From an uncultured virus (IMG/VR IMGVR_UViG_3300049139_000197) (taxonomy: Duplodnaviria; Heunggongvirae; Uroviricota; Caudoviricetes): a stretch of 64,000 nucleotides of DNA. A model generated the notes under the pieces. The model did not search any database. It worked only from the letters and a program-made list of their open reading frames with translations, and was not told where the DNA came from. Shown here in pieces: positions 19,316 through 29,162 of this stretch. A program made the position numbers and the translations under genes. The number at the start of each line of letters is the position of its first letter. Positions within the stretch are counted from its first letter, which is position 1. Location of the stretch: the IMG/VR virus record IMGVR_UViG_3300049139_000197, one strand, 5' to 3'.

Positions 19316-19455
19316 GCGGGCGTCCTTGAGTTGAGGGCGAGGACGGAGGCGGTGCGCAGGTTCATGGGCTGGCCTTTCGGCTGGGTGGATCGGTGGTGAT
19401 GGGGCGCCCCACCCCGCTGGGGGTGGGGCGTCTGCGGTCACTGCGGGGAATCGGC

Positions 19456-19812
19456 TCACTGGCCAGATGTCAAAGCGCCAGCAGCAGCCGCGGCCTGCCA
19501 CATCCGCTCCCTCTGCGCTGCGCGCTCCTGCCGGATGCGGTCCTGCTCGCTGGCGTCGACCTGCTTCCAGGTAGTCGTGTGGTGCCCGTGCTTGACGGCC
19601 GTGGAGATGCCGGTGATCACGCCGCTCTCCGGGTCCTGCACGACGACCTGATACTCCGGGGCCTCACCGTCCGTCGTGTAGGTCGTGGCGGCTATCCGCT
19701 GCCGGACCTGACGGCCAGTGATGATCGCCGGTCGGCTGGTGTGGCCGTTTTCGAACTGGATGGTTTCGGAGTAGGTGGCGTAGTCGTCGATCTCTATGGC
19801 GCGGGTGGTCAT
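19456..19812 (-). CDS. hypothetical protein
   Basis: 118-aa ORF; TAAGG upstream. Confidence 0.65.
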   Translation of the reverse strand: MTTRAIEIDDYATYSETIQFENGHTSRPAIITGRQVRQRIAATTYTTDGEAPEYQVVVQDPESGVITGISTAVKHGHHTTTWKQVDASEQDRIRQERAAQRERMWQAAAAAGALTSGQ

Positions 19813-19904
19813 GATGGGGGCCTTAAAGGTGTCGGTGGGGCGGGTGCCGCGCCAGGGGGTGCGCGGCCAGGGATGCCCCGGGCAGGGCCAGGGCAGACGC
19901 TCCG

Positions 19905-20126
19905 TCAGGCAGGCAACCGGGCAGCCAGGGCGCGCAGGTCGCCCAAGGTCAGACCCGTACGGACACCGTCGCCGTAGATCCCGCTAGTGGCCTGAACCAC
20001 GAGCAGGTCGTCCGGCTGGCCGGCGAACACCTTCACAACGTGCGCGAGAGCATCGACCGGCGTGGCCGGTGCAGGACCGTACTGGGCCTGTACGTCACTC
20101 CGGATGCGGTTCATGGCCTGGGACAT
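19905..20126 (-). CDS. hypothetical protein
   Basis: GAAGGAG RBS. Confidence 0.65.
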   Translation of the reverse strand: MSQAMNRIRSDVQAQYGPAPATPVDALAHVVKVFAGQPDDLLVVQATSGIYGDGVRTGLTLGDLRALAARLPA

Positions 20127-20138
20127 GGCTGGCTCCTT

Positions 20139-20321
20139 CTAGCGGCGCTTGACGGTGATGCGCAGGGCGTTCCCGTGGGTGGGGCGCAGGTCGTTGCGGA
20201 GCTGCTGACAGACGTCGTCGACCTGGTGGCCGGTGGCGGTGCGGTATCCGAGGAGGTCGACCGTGCGCCCGTCGGAGATGAGGGTGGCGGTGATGCCGTA
20301 AAGGACGGGGCTGGTGGCCAT
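20139..20321 (-). CDS. hypothetical protein
   Basis: AGGAGG RBS before MATSPVL. Confidence 0.6.
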   Translation of the reverse strand: MATSPVLYGITATLISDGRTVDLLGYRTATGHQVDDVCQQLRNDLRPTHGNALRITVKRR

Positions 20322-20388
20322 GGTCGGTTCCTCCTGGATTGCGGGTCGGTGCCGGTAGTGGTCGTCGAGGGGCGTAGGGGGCCGCGGT

Positions 20389-20580
20389 TCAGGCGTCCGG
20401 GTCGGGCACGATGCGGTAGTCGCCGGCGTGGTAGCCGTGGTCGGCCCACTGGGCGGCGTCGGTGACGGCTGCGTCCTGGAGGAGAGCCCGGACCGCGGGT
20501 TCGTCGGAGTCGGGCACGTTGGTGTGGACGGTGCCGGGAACGGTGTAGCCATTCGGGTCGACCAGGCGCAGGTTGGTCAC
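20389..20580 (-). CDS. hypothetical protein
   Basis: 63 aa; GC3 bias. Confidence 0.6.
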   Translation of the reverse strand: MTNLRLVDPNGYTVPGTVHTNVPDSDEPAVRALLQDAAVTDAAQWADHGYHAGDYRIVPDPDA

Positions 20581-20649
20581 GGGTCCCCCAGGGATGGAAG
20601 TGCGGTAGATGACCGGGCCCGGCCTGCGACGGCCGGGCCCGTGGGTGGG

Positions 20650-20970
20650 CTAGAAGTGCGGGTCGCGACGCGGGCACTTCTCGTGGTGCTCGTCGGAGAT
20701 CCACTTCAGCGAGGCGACGGGCGAGCCGCAGTCGGGGCACTCGGCGGGGAAAACGCAGATCGTGTCAAGGAAGTCGGGGTCGGCGATGCGCACGATCCGG
20801 AGGGGCAGTCCGTCGCGGTCGGCGGCGTGCCACTCGTCGATGCGGGCGCCGTTGTCGCGCTCCCAGTCGATGAGCCGCTCGGTGGTCTCTACGGTGTCGA
20901 CGCCCCAGAGGCTGCCGTGGTTGTCGAAGTTGACGACGTTGGTCCAGTCGATGCCGGTCACGGTCTTCAA
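20650..20970 (-). CDS. hypothetical protein with Zn-ribbon
   Basis: TTG start after GGGGAG; CPDC...C motif; first gene after the promoter motif. Confidence 0.6.
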   Translation of the reverse strand: MKTVTGIDWTNVVNFDNHGSLWGVDTVETTERLIDWERDNGARIDEWHAADRDGLPLRIVRIADPDFLDTICVFPAECPDCGSPVASLKWISDEHHEKCPRRDPHF

Positions 20971-21006
20971 GGTGTCTCCCCTGCTGGTCTCCCTGGCGAT
21001 ATCTCC

Positions 21007-21038
21007 ACAGTACCCGTATAGGCATTGCATGGCAATGC
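21007..21038 (-). promoter_or_regulatory. conserved promoter/operator copy 3 (TTGCCA-17-TACTGT)
   Basis: Reverse-complement copy of the 8596 motif. Confidence 0.8.
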
Positions 21039-21112
21039 TCATGACGGTTCCGGGCATGCGAAAGGGGCCCAACTCCGAAGAGTCAGACCCCTCAGCACAC
21101 GGACACCGCCGG

Positions 21113-21679
21113 CTATGCAACGACAGCGAACGACCCCGTCCCACGAACCGGCACCGGCCTCCCCTCAGCCCGAGCCCGCGCCTTGATCCGCTCCCACGAC
21201 CGCTTCAACACCGCTGGGTCCATACCCAACCGGGCCGCCAGCACGTCATAGGCCAGGCCACGGCGCAGCCCCACCTCTATCGCCAGACGCCGCTCCTCCC
21301 GCGTCAACGCCACCGTCCCCCGGCTGTCCGACGCGATAGCCCGGTTCACCGCAACCAAGTCCACCCCGGCCACATCCCGGCGCATCTGCGGCGCGAGATC
21401 CCGCACAGCCTTCTCCGACCGCGTCGTCCACGACGGCGGAATCCCCTCCCCGTGCTCGTCGAACGTCACCCACGCCAGCGCGTCGGTCATCGTCCGGTCC
21501 GGGTCAGCAATAGCCGCCAGCACCACGGCCAGCGCCTCCAGTTCATGCCGGCTCAAACCCGACAGGCGGTTCCTGATGTCGTCCGCGGAGCCCTCATGCA
21601 CGTCGACGACGAGGCCGGCCGCCTCGGGCATCAGCGCCTCCACCATGTCGCCGCGCTGCTCAGCGTTCAGCTCGCTCAT
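21113..21679 (-). CDS. hypothetical protein with C-terminal HTH
   Basis: LTREERRLAI...GLAYDVLAARLGM, sigma-region-4-like. Confidence 0.7.
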   Translation of the reverse strand: MSELNAEQRGDMVEALMPEAAGLVVDVHEGSADDIRNRLSGLSRHELEALAVVLAAIADPDRTMTDALAWVTFDEHGEGIPPSWTTRSEKAVRDLAPQMRRDVAGVDLVAVNRAIASDSRGTVALTREERRLAIEVGLRRGLAYDVLAARLGMDPAVLKRSWERIKARARAEGRPVPVRGTGSFAVVA

Positions 21680-22143
21680 GCCGCTACCCCCGCGTCTTCC
21701 GTCGCAGACTCTGCCGCGGCCTGGGCGCGCTCGGCCTCGAAGTACCGCAGCACACGGCGCATCAACTCGTACGACACACTCATCGCCTGCGCCAGCTCAC
21801 GCATACCGGCCCCCGCGGCACGCCGCTCCTCGATGAACTCCTGCGCCTCCAGACACCGGACGAACGCGGTCTCCCGGGACCGTGTCAGACCGCGGCGTTC
21901 GCCCTCGGACAGGCCGCCCCAGACGCCGACGTACTGGCCCGTGTCCAACGCCCAGTCCAGGCAGCGAAGCCGTACCGGGCACCGGTTGCACACGCTCTTG
22001 GCCTGCTCGGTCTGGATAGTGATAGCCGCCCCATGGCCTTCGGGGAAGAACAGGTTCGGGTCGGTCTGGCGGCACAGGCCGTATTCCATCCAGCCGGTGT
22101 CGGGCGCGGCGGGCTTCGTGGGGCGGCGGGTGTCGGTGCTCAT
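21676..22143 (-). CDS. whiB: WhiB-family transcriptional regulator
   Basis: W...GLCRQTDPNLFFP...AKSVCNRCPVRLRCLDWAL...GVWGGLSEGER. Confidence 0.92.
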   Translation of the reverse strand: MSTDTRRPTKPAAPDTGWMEYGLCRQTDPNLFFPEGHGAAITIQTEQAKSVCNRCPVRLRCLDWALDTGQYVGVWGGLSEGERRGLTRSRETAFVRCLEAQEFIEERRAAGAGMRELAQAMSVSYELMRRVLRYFEAERAQAAAESATEDAGVAA

Positions 22144-22742
22144 GCGGGGTCTCCGGGAAGGGTGGGCCAGGTCGCCTTGTCGAGGGCGGCCCGGTGGGTC
22201 TTGGGGAGGTCGGTGATGGGGTGGCCGAGCCAGTCGCGGCCGGCGGCCATGAGCGCGACGGCGTCGGCGGCGTTGTCGTTGCCTTCGGTGGCCCAGGCGG
22301 GGAAGCGTCGGGTGACGGCGTCGATGACGGCGCCCTTGGCGGCGTTGCCCTTGCCAGTGGCGTAGAGGGCGCGGGCGTTGGGGGTAAGGAGGCCGACGGG
22401 GATGTAGCTGCTGGTGAGGTAGAAGTAGATCTCCCACCAGAACCAGCCGCGTTCGTGCGCCCCGCCTCCGCTGCGTGAGGGTGCGGGAAGTTCCATGACT
22501 GCGAGGTCGGGGCAGCCGATGGCTGTGCGGACCTGGGCGAGGAGGTCGCGCATGGCGCGGATGCGTTCGTTGTGGGGGAGTTGGGTGATGCCGGGGTCTT
22601 TGGCGCGGGCCTTCTTGTAGCCGATGACGTTGACCCATCCGTCGCTGGAGGCGATTCCGGTGCCGGTGAGCGACGGGTCGATCCCGACGACGACGGGCTG
22701 TCCGAGGCCGGGTTGGGGGGGGGGGGGGGCGAGGGCGGTCAC
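22140..22742 (-). CDS. RuvC-like Holliday junction resolvase (actinophage type)
   Basis: VVGIDPSLTGTGIA...LAVME...YATGKGNAAK...DNAADAVAL. Confidence 0.85.
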   Translation of the reverse strand: MTALAPPPPQPGLGQPVVVGIDPSLTGTGIASSDGWVNVIGYKKARAKDPGITQLPHNERIRAMRDLLAQVRTAIGCPDLAVMELPAPSRSGGGAHERGWFWWEIYFYLTSSYIPVGLLTPNARALYATGKGNAAKGAVIDAVTRRFPAWATEGNDNAADAVALMAAGRDWLGHPITDLPKTHRAALDKATWPTLPGDPA

Positions 22743-22956
22743 AGTGGGAGCTCCTGGACGGGTGTGGGGCCGTGGGGGCCGGTTCGGAGGTAGGTGGCGA
22801 AGCCGGGGCCGTGCCCGAGATGGATCGCGGTGCAGAACCCGCAGCGGTAGGTGTTGAAGCGGGGGCCGCCTTGGCCGCGTATTTGTCGGGCTCGGCGGCG
22901 TGCTGCGCGTCGGCTGGGGAAGCGGGCTTTGCCGTGGCAGGCCCGCAGGTAGGCGT

Positions 22957-23322
22957 TCAATCCGGGTCCTCGTCGTCGATCCGGCTCTGGGTGACGGCGA
23001 TGGTGATGGGGACGGCTCCGTCGGCATCTGCGCGGCAGAACACCCACTGGTGGATGTCGGGGTCGATGTGGACGTGTTCGTGGTGGGCGAGTTCGACGTA
23101 TTTGCCGTCGGGGAGGAGGAGGTTGCATTCGACGGCGAAGGGGGTTTTGGGGAGGTGGCCGATGCGGAGGAGGTCGCCGTTCCAGATGCGGAGGCCGGGG
23201 TGCTTGGTGACGGCGGCGCCGAGCTGGTTGTCGCCGTGCTGGGCGGCGGCGAGGGCTTGGACGTTGGCGTGGTGGAGGGCTGCGGCGAGGGCGGCGATGT
23301 AGCCGGGCGTGTGCTCAGGCAT
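22957..23322 (-). CDS. hypothetical protein
   Basis: Coupled ORF; GC3 bias. Confidence 0.6.
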   Translation of the reverse strand: MPEHTPGYIAALAAALHHANVQALAAAQHGDNQLGAAVTKHPGLRIWNGDLLRIGHLPKTPFAVECNLLLPDGKYVELAHHEHVHIDPDIHQWVFCRADADGAVPITIAVTQSRIDDEDPD

Positions 23323-23878
23323 CGGTGTCGCCGTCCAGGGCTGCACGGAGGCGAGTGGCGGGGATGCTGTGGGACCAGTCGGTGCCCTCGTAGTCGTCCA
23401 GGACCTCCAGTGCTGCGGCGATCCGGGCCTCGGCCTGCTGACGGAACTCGTGCGGGGTGGGCCGCTGGCGTCGCTGGATGGTGACCGTGTACGAGTCCTG
23501 CGGGTTCTGGCCGTCGCGGAGGTCCAGGGCGACGGACGGGGCGGTCACTTCGGTCTCGAGGTAGTTCTGCGCGCCGTAGCTGTCGAGCATGGTCCGCATG
23601 GAGGCCACGAGGGTCAGCAAAATCTCGCGGGCGGGTTCGGTCTCGAGGGTGACGACGCCGTTCTCGACGGTGAGGGCCTTGAGCATGGTGCCGTCGGCGA
23701 GGATCTCGGCGGCGAGGTCTCCGAGGCCGTCCATGGCGTGGTCGGCCGCTGCGCTGAAGTCGGGGCGGCGGCCGGTGCGGCGCCATTCGGTCCAGGAGGC
23801 GGCGAGGGCGTTCTGGATGGCGGTGTGGGCCTGCTTCCAGCGTCGGTCGCGCTGCTCTTGGGTGAGGGTGTCGGTCAC
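23315..23878 (-). CDS. hypothetical protein
   Basis: GAAGGAG RBS before GTG. Confidence 0.65.
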   Translation of the reverse strand: MTDTLTQEQRDRRWKQAHTAIQNALAASWTEWRRTGRRPDFSAAADHAMDGLGDLAAEILADGTMLKALTVENGVVTLETEPAREILLTLVASMRTMLDSYGAQNYLETEVTAPSVALDLRDGQNPQDSYTVTIQRRQRPTPHEFRQQAEARIAAALEVLDDYEGTDWSHSIPATRLRAALDGDTDA

Positions 23879-24591
23879 GGCTGGGGGTGCTCCTTCGGGG
23901 TCTCTGCGTCGGCACGGGCGGTGAGGGCGTCGGTGTCGACGGTCGGGATGGGCTGGGTGTCGGCGGCTGATGCGGTGGCGCGGTTGAGGGCGGCCGGGGC
24001 GACGGGGATGGTTTCGGTGATCTGGTCGCCCAGCAGGTCGGGGCGGGCCCAGGTGGGTCCGGTGTGGAGACCGAGGGCCTCGAGCTCGTCGCGCGTCATC
24101 TTGGGTATGTGGCCGAACGTGGCGTGGGGTTCGTTGCACCGGTCGGCGTCAACGCGAGCCGCGGCCGCCGTGGACGGGGAGTCGAGGACGTATTCGTGGG
24201 TGGCGCCCATGGGGCAGATGGCTTGCCAGGTGAGGGTGCGGGTCGTGTGGTCGTAGTGGAGGAGGCTGCCGTCCTTCAGCGGCCGCGTGGCGGTGTTGTC
24301 GTGGTGGTCGAGCCAGTCGCGGATGCGGTGGACGGGGAGGCCGGCGAGGCGGGCGGCGTGGGTGGCGTAGATCTGGGCGTTGGTGACGAAGTCACGCCGC
24401 CGGGTCAGGGGGCCCGGATTGGGTGGGGCGGGTTTGACCAGGGGCAGCTCGGGGGTGGTGCTGGTGGTCTTCTTGGCCGCTGTCTTGCGGGGTGACCGGG
24501 TGGCCGGTGCCTTACGTGCCGGGGCCTTCTTGGTGGGGTCCTTGGAGGCCGGCTTGCTGCTCTGCGTCTGCTTGCGGGTGCTGGTGGCCAT
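23875..24591 (-). CDS. hypothetical protein with Lys/Ala-rich (histone-like) N-terminus
   Basis: GGAGG RBS; KKAPARKAPA repeats. Confidence 0.7.
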   Translation of the reverse strand: MATSTRKQTQSSKPASKDPTKKAPARKAPATRSPRKTAAKKTTSTTPELPLVKPAPPNPGPLTRRRDFVTNAQIYATHAARLAGLPVHRIRDWLDHHDNTATRPLKDGSLLHYDHTTRTLTWQAICPMGATHEYVLDSPSTAAAARVDADRCNEPHATFGHIPKMTRDELEALGLHTGPTWARPDLLGDQITETIPVAPAALNRATASAADTQPIPTVDTDALTARADAETPKEHPQP

Positions 24592-24696
24592 GTCCGGCCT
24601 CCGTCCTGGGATGGGGCTTGGTGGTGCTCCGCTGTTGGTGCTGGTGGAGGGTGAGGGTGGTGGCGCCGACGGCGAGTGCGATGCCGTCGGGCCAGG

Positions 24697-25365
24697 TCAC
24701 CCGAGTCCTGCGTAGGGGCGGTTGGTGCGCAGCTGCCGGAACGCCGTGTGCTCGAAGGAGCTGTAGCGGCGGGTGCGGAGGTCCTTGTACGTGTCGGCGC
24801 ACATCAACGGCTGGCGGCCGTAGGCGTCGCGGGGGCATGTGGCGGGGTGGGAGAGGCCGACGCCGTGGGCGGTCTCGTGCCAGATCACGTTCATGCGGAC
24901 CGGCTCGCTGAAGCGGCGGGTCGGCGACCAGTAGTCGGAGTTGATGAAGACGTACGCCCCGTCGGCGGCCCGCTGGCTGTTGCCGCAGGCTCCGGCGAAG
25001 GAGGCGTTGGGGCGGGCCGGGTCGGGCTTGGACATGTACCGGTAGGAGATGACGTGCCCGCGGACGCAGACGCCGCGGGTGACGGGCACGATCCGGGTGG
25101 TGACGGTGAACTTGACGCCCAGGTGCGAGGTGAGTTCGGCGGCGGTGTTGCGCAGGTACGGGGTGAGCTTGGTGCGGGAGGCGGTGTCGTGGAAGGCGAT
25201 CTGCCAGGGCTTGGTGTCGATGTGGGTGATGCGCGGGGCGTTGATCTTCCAGCCGTTGCCGGAGTAGGCGGGCCCGGTGAGGCTGTGCGCGTCGGACGGG
25301 TTGGCGAGGATGGCGCCGGCGGTGAGGGTGAGAGCGAACGCGGTGGAGGTGATGCGGCGGTTCAT
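24697..25365 (-). CDS. secreted zinc metallopeptidase (metzincin/matrixin-like)
   Basis: Signal peptide; HETAHGVGLSH (HExxHxxGxxH) and a downstream PLM Met-turn. Confidence 0.8.
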   Translation of the reverse strand: MNRRITSTAFALTLTAGAILANPSDAHSLTGPAYSGNGWKINAPRITHIDTKPWQIAFHDTASRTKLTPYLRNTAAELTSHLGVKFTVTTRIVPVTRGVCVRGHVISYRYMSKPDPARPNASFAGACGNSQRAADGAYVFINSDYWSPTRRFSEPVRMNVIWHETAHGVGLSHPATCPRDAYGRQPLMCADTYKDLRTRRYSSFEHTAFRQLRTNRPYAGLG

Positions 25366-25709
25366 GCGGCGTGTCCCTTCCGGGCCTGGCGGCGGTGGGT
25401 GGTGTGGAGGATGCTGGTTTCGCGGCCCTGCTTGCGGGCCTGCCGCTTCTGGGCGTCCTCGGTCTGGGCGGCGATGGTGGCGATGTGGCTGTTCATCAGG
25501 CCGATGACGGTGTTGGCGTAGCCGACGATGTAGAGGTCGGTGGACTCGCGGCCGTCGGAGGGGGTGTTGAGCATCTCTTCGGCGCGGCGCTTGAGGAGGT
25601 GGACGTCTTCGCCGGCCTGGTGCTCGTCGTAGGCGTCGGCGACGCCGAGGGCGTAGAAGGGGTCGTTCGCGAAGGGGCTGACGGCGTTGGCGATGGTCAT
25701 GGTGGTCAT
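25362..25709 (-). CDS. hypothetical protein
   Basis: AAAGGAG RBS. Confidence 0.7.
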   Translation of the reverse strand: MTTMTIANAVSPFANDPFYALGVADAYDEHQAGEDVHLLKRRAEEMLNTPSDGRESTDLYIVGYANTVIGLMNSHIATIAAQTEDAQKRQARKQGRETSILHTTHRRQARKGHAA

Positions 25710-25729
25710 CGGGAAGCTCCTTTAGGGGG

Positions 25730-26038
25730 TTAGGCGACGGCGCCGACGCAGTCGGCGTCCAGCTGATCGGTCACCAGGGCGGGGGCGTGGACGACGACGG
25801 GGGCGCCGCTGGTGCGGTCGGTGCGCGTGGTGAGGGTCCAGTGGGTGAGCCCGTTGCCGTCGTCCTGGTGGGTGATGCGGCCGCCGAGGGCGAGGTACCA
25901 GGCCTCCAGGTCGGTGAGGCCGGTGGTGAAGACGTGGGCGATGCCGTTGTGTTCGGCGATGCGGTAGTAGAAGAGGGCGTTCGTGTCGGCTGCGGCTTCG
26001 GCTTTGATGGCGGGGCTGAGGGGTCGGATGGGCTGCAT
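25730..26038 (-). CDS. hypothetical protein
   Basis: GGGGAG RBS. Confidence 0.65.
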   Translation of the reverse strand: MQPIRPLSPAIKAEAAADTNALFYYRIAEHNGIAHVFTTGLTDLEAWYLALGGRITHQDDGNGLTHWTLTTRTDRTSGAPVVVHAPALVTDQLDADCVGAVA

Positions 26039-26113
26039 GCGGGTCTCCCCTGGGGTTGTTCACCCGGCCGCGCAGAGCGGTGGTCGTGCGCGGCCGGGGA
26101 GCCGATGGGCGGG

Positions 26114-26371
26114 TCAGGCGGACTTCGCCTTGCGGCGCTTACAGACGCGATCGGCCAGCCACAGCACCACTAGGCGGCGGTCCTCGGCGATCGGCATGCC
26201 GTCGCGGTCCCACAGGCGGGCCTCTGGCTCAGCTACGTCTCCCAGCCAGTCGGAGGGCGGCGCCTGGCAGAGGCAGGTACGCAGGTCTTCGGCCTCGTCG
26301 CGCCACAGGGCAGGCAGGACGTTCAGGCGCACCCAGTCGGCGTCAGCGGTGGTCATCACGGAGGACTCCAT
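26114..26371 (-). CDS. hypothetical protein
   Basis: 85-aa ORF within the operon. Confidence 0.55.
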   Translation of the reverse strand: MESSVMTTADADWVRLNVLPALWRDEAEDLRTCLCQAPPSDWLGDVAEPEARLWDRDGMPIAEDRRLVVLWLADRVCKRRKAKSA

Positions 26372-26375
26372 GGGT

Positions 26376-26705
26376 TCAGGCGGTTTCGCGGTGGTGGTCG
26401 GCGCAGGTGGGGCACTGGTGGCGGCCGAGGTTGTAGCCCTCGCCGTGCTCGATGACGTGCGCGTCTTCGTTGTTGGCGTCGAAGATGACGGGGCAGGTGC
26501 AGGAGCAGGCGCACTTGCGGAGGTCGCCTTCCGGGAGTCCGGTGAGGTCGGCGATGCGGCCCATGAGCTGCGGATAGTCGATGGGTCCGGCCTTGTCCGC
26601 GTGTCGCATCAGCCGGTCCAGGTGCTCCTGCTGGGCCTCGGTGAGGGTGTTGTAGTCGGCGGTGCCGGGTTCGAGGCGTACGGAGGCGTGCGTCATCACG
26701 GCCAT
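26376..26705 (-). CDS. hypothetical Cys-rich protein
   Basis: GGAG RBS; CACSCTC...CPTC. Confidence 0.65.
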   Translation of the reverse strand: MAVMTHASVRLEPGTADYNTLTEAQQEHLDRLMRHADKAGPIDYPQLMGRIADLTGLPEGDLRKCACSCTCPVIFDANNEDAHVIEHGEGYNLGRHQCPTCADHHRETA

Positions 26706-26775
26706 GGGGTGCTCCGGGGAGTCAGAAACGGCTCGTCAGGCCCTTGTTGAGGGGTCTGTCGTTGTCGTGATGACC

Positions 26776-26807
26776 ACAGTACCCGTATAGGCATTGCATG
26801 GCAATGC
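26776..26807 (-). promoter_or_regulatory. conserved promoter/operator copy 4 (TTGCCA-17-TACTGT)
   Basis: Same sequence as copy 3 across the motif; preceded by a hairpin at 26832-26862. Confidence 0.8.
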
Positions 26808-26878
26808 TTCTAACGGTGCGGGAGTGAGAAAGCCCCGGCCCGGATGGATCCCGGGTCGGGGCTGAGGGGTGCTGCCGT

Positions 26879-27121
26879 CTACGCGTGGCCGGCCTCGCGG
26901 CGGTCGATCTCCTTCGCGTGCACCTCGAGCAGATCAGTCCACGAGGCGACGTCGTCTCTGCCGGCGCGCTCCACTGGGACGTTGTGCTTGAGGGCCCACC
27001 GCTTCAGGGTGCGGGGCTTCACCTCGTACTGCTCACCGCATTCGGCGAACAGCGCGCTGGCTTCCTTCAGGGACACGAGGTCCGGGGCGAAGACGTAGGG
27101 GCTGTGGACGGTGATGGCCAC
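26879..27121 (-). CDS. small HTH-like DNA-binding protein
   Basis: LVSLKEASALF...VKPRTLKRWA; GGGAGG RBS. Confidence 0.65.
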   Translation of the reverse strand: MAITVHSPYVFAPDLVSLKEASALFAECGEQYEVKPRTLKRWALKHNVPVERAGRDDVASWTDLLEVHAKEIDRREAGHA

Positions 27122-27242
27122 GGTGGCCTCCCATGGTCAGCGGCCATCGTTCGCAGCTCCGGCGGCCGACAACGGGGGGACGTGAGTCCCAGTTGTGGTG
27201 AACCTGTGAAGTTGTTGCTGGGTATGACTCGTGTGCCCCGGA

Positions 27243-27806
27243 TCAGGTTGCACGAACCCGAACAGATTTTTGCTGTCCAGCGATGTGCGAGTGGGCGAGC
27301 TGGGCCAGGGTGAAACGGTTGGACAGGCCGTCCTTGTCGAGGCAGTTCCCGTTGGTGCACAGCGCGCGCTGGTCTGCATCGTTGGGCCACATGATGCTGA
27401 GGGTCCGGCACTTGGGGCAGCGGATCGGCCGGACGGCCTTGATGTCGCCCATGGCGATGGCGTGTTCCAGGCGCTGCCGGTAGATCAGAGTGTCGCGGCG
27501 CTGCTGAATGTCCTCGGGCGCGTTCTGCGTGTTCGCCAGACACCAGGCATAGACGGCCTCCACGTGGGGCGGCAACGGTTCGGCGCCAGGGTTGGTCTCG
27601 CGGGTGTAGTCGGCGAGCTCGCGCACGGTGGCGTCGATGTGGTCGACGACCGTCAGGTTCAGGGGGGCGCCGGGGTGGGTGGCGGTGCCGCGGGGCTCGG
27701 AGGCGATGTAGGAGTGCCCGGCCGGCCCGGTGACCGGGCGCTCCCGGAAGCAGTGAACGAGTTCGGCGAGGAGTTGTGCTGCGGTGTCGTCCTCTGTGGT
27801 GCGCAT
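27243..27806 (-). CDS. hypothetical protein with Zn finger
   Basis: CPKC...CTNGNC; GC3 bias. Confidence 0.65.
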   Translation of the reverse strand: MRTTEDDTAAQLLAELVHCFRERPVTGPAGHSYIASEPRGTATHPGAPLNLTVVDHIDATVRELADYTRETNPGAEPLPPHVEAVYAWCLANTQNAPEDIQQRRDTLIYRQRLEHAIAMGDIKAVRPIRCPKCRTLSIMWPNDADQRALCTNGNCLDKDGLSNRFTLAQLAHSHIAGQQKSVRVRAT

Positions 27807-28038
27807 CTCGTCCCCGTCCCCTAGGCCGCGGCCGCCCGGGGGCGCGGGGCGTCCAGCAGTTGTGCAGGGGCGCGCGCCGGGGGCCGGAGTTGTCACTTCC
27901 GGGTGATTCCGGACGCCCCATACTGGCACGTGAGTGGCTGGAGTTGAACGCTTCGGAGTAAACGATCAGCAGTGTGTGATTGGACGTTCCTGACATGGTC
28001 TGAGCCAACGGATGGGAATCCCTGGCATATGCGGACAG

Positions 28039-28434
28039 TCAGAGCAGGCCCGGTGCCGTCTTCATTCCCGCCAGCAGGCCGGCCAGCTTGTGCCGCTGCT
28101 GTTCGCTGATGATGTCCTGCGCCTCGGCGCCCTCGAGGAGCCGTTCCACCAGGCGCAGCGTGAGCGTGTACCCCTCGGTGGTGTCGGGGTCGGTGAGTGT
28201 GCGGCCGATCGAGTTGAACGCGGCTTCCATCTCGTCGGCGAACTGCTCGGCCAGCGTGCGCTGAGAGTTCGGGACGTCACTGGGTGGCTGGTGGTCGTTC
28301 ATCGCCTTCCACCTGCCCCTTGCGGCTGCGGCTGCTTTCCGGTGGGTGGTTCGCTTGCTGATATCGATTACGGCCGCCCCGTCGGGTGTGGTCAGCACCC
28401 GGGGGTTGGGGGTGGCCGGCTCTGCTGCGGACAT
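28039..28434 (-). CDS. hypothetical protein
   Basis: C-terminal half is protein-like; start uncertain. Confidence 0.5.
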   Translation of the reverse strand: MSAAEPATPNPRVLTTPDGAAVIDISKRTTHRKAAAAARGRWKAMNDHQPPSDVPNSQRTLAEQFADEMEAAFNSIGRTLTDPDTTEGYTLTLRLVERLLEGAEAQDIISEQQRHKLAGLLAGMKTAPGLL

Positions 28435-29114
28435 AGGGGTGGCCCCCGCTCCTCCGGCAGAATTTGGGAAGGTTCTCGTACGCCTGCCCGTCGGCGGGCA
28501 GGCCCGTCCCCGGGTGCGGCTGCCAGTCCGAACCGCGGGTGTACGCCACTGTGACACCTACGCACGTGCGTTTGTAAGGACGTGTGCAGTTTTCACGCTT
28601 CTCTAACGGGTCACGGTGTACAGATCCGGCCGGATCGGATACCGACGGTAACCCTGAAGCGCTTTCCGGCATCCGGGGCGCTCATCGGCTGGCCGGACGG
28701 CCGACTGGGGCATGAGAAAACCCCCACCGGCCGGGGGGCGTGTTTTGCCGACAACGACCCAGGCCTGTGGAGGCTTCGAGACCTCGCGGGCATGCCCGCC
28801 AGATGACGGTGATTGTAGTCCTGGACGTTGCACTGCGGTAGGAGGACGACCGCATCCTGTTGTGCGGGGCTGCCGCGTGCTCGGCTGGGTGCGGCCGCCC
28901 TGATGGCCGGGGCGGGGGTTCCTGGAGGGCCGCGAACCACGCAGGCCCCGGCCCGGCCGGGCGGCCGCCTCCCAGCGTGTGGGGGGTCAGCGGCACCATT
29001 CGAGTTCCCGCTTCCGTGTGACGGAAAGGGGTTACACCGAACGGTCACACGATCGGCGGACGAAAAACCCCGACAACGCTCGCAAAAACGACTGGAATTG
29101 ATCGCAAACTACAA

Positions 29115-29152
29115 CGGCCCCACATCCCCTGCCGACAGGGGATGTGGGGCCG
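29115..29152 (-). terminator. strong hairpin downstream of parB
   Basis: CGGCCCCACATCCCCTG-ccga-CAGGGGATGTGGGGCCG perfect stem. Confidence 0.75.
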
Positions 29153-29162
29153 CGGCGTCAGG

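Noticed and set aside
20762..22216. Long plus-strand ORFs here and elsewhere (e.g. 37893-39731, 51126-52856)
   Set aside because: Arg/Pro-rich shadow frames opposite recognisable genes, as expected in high-GC DNA
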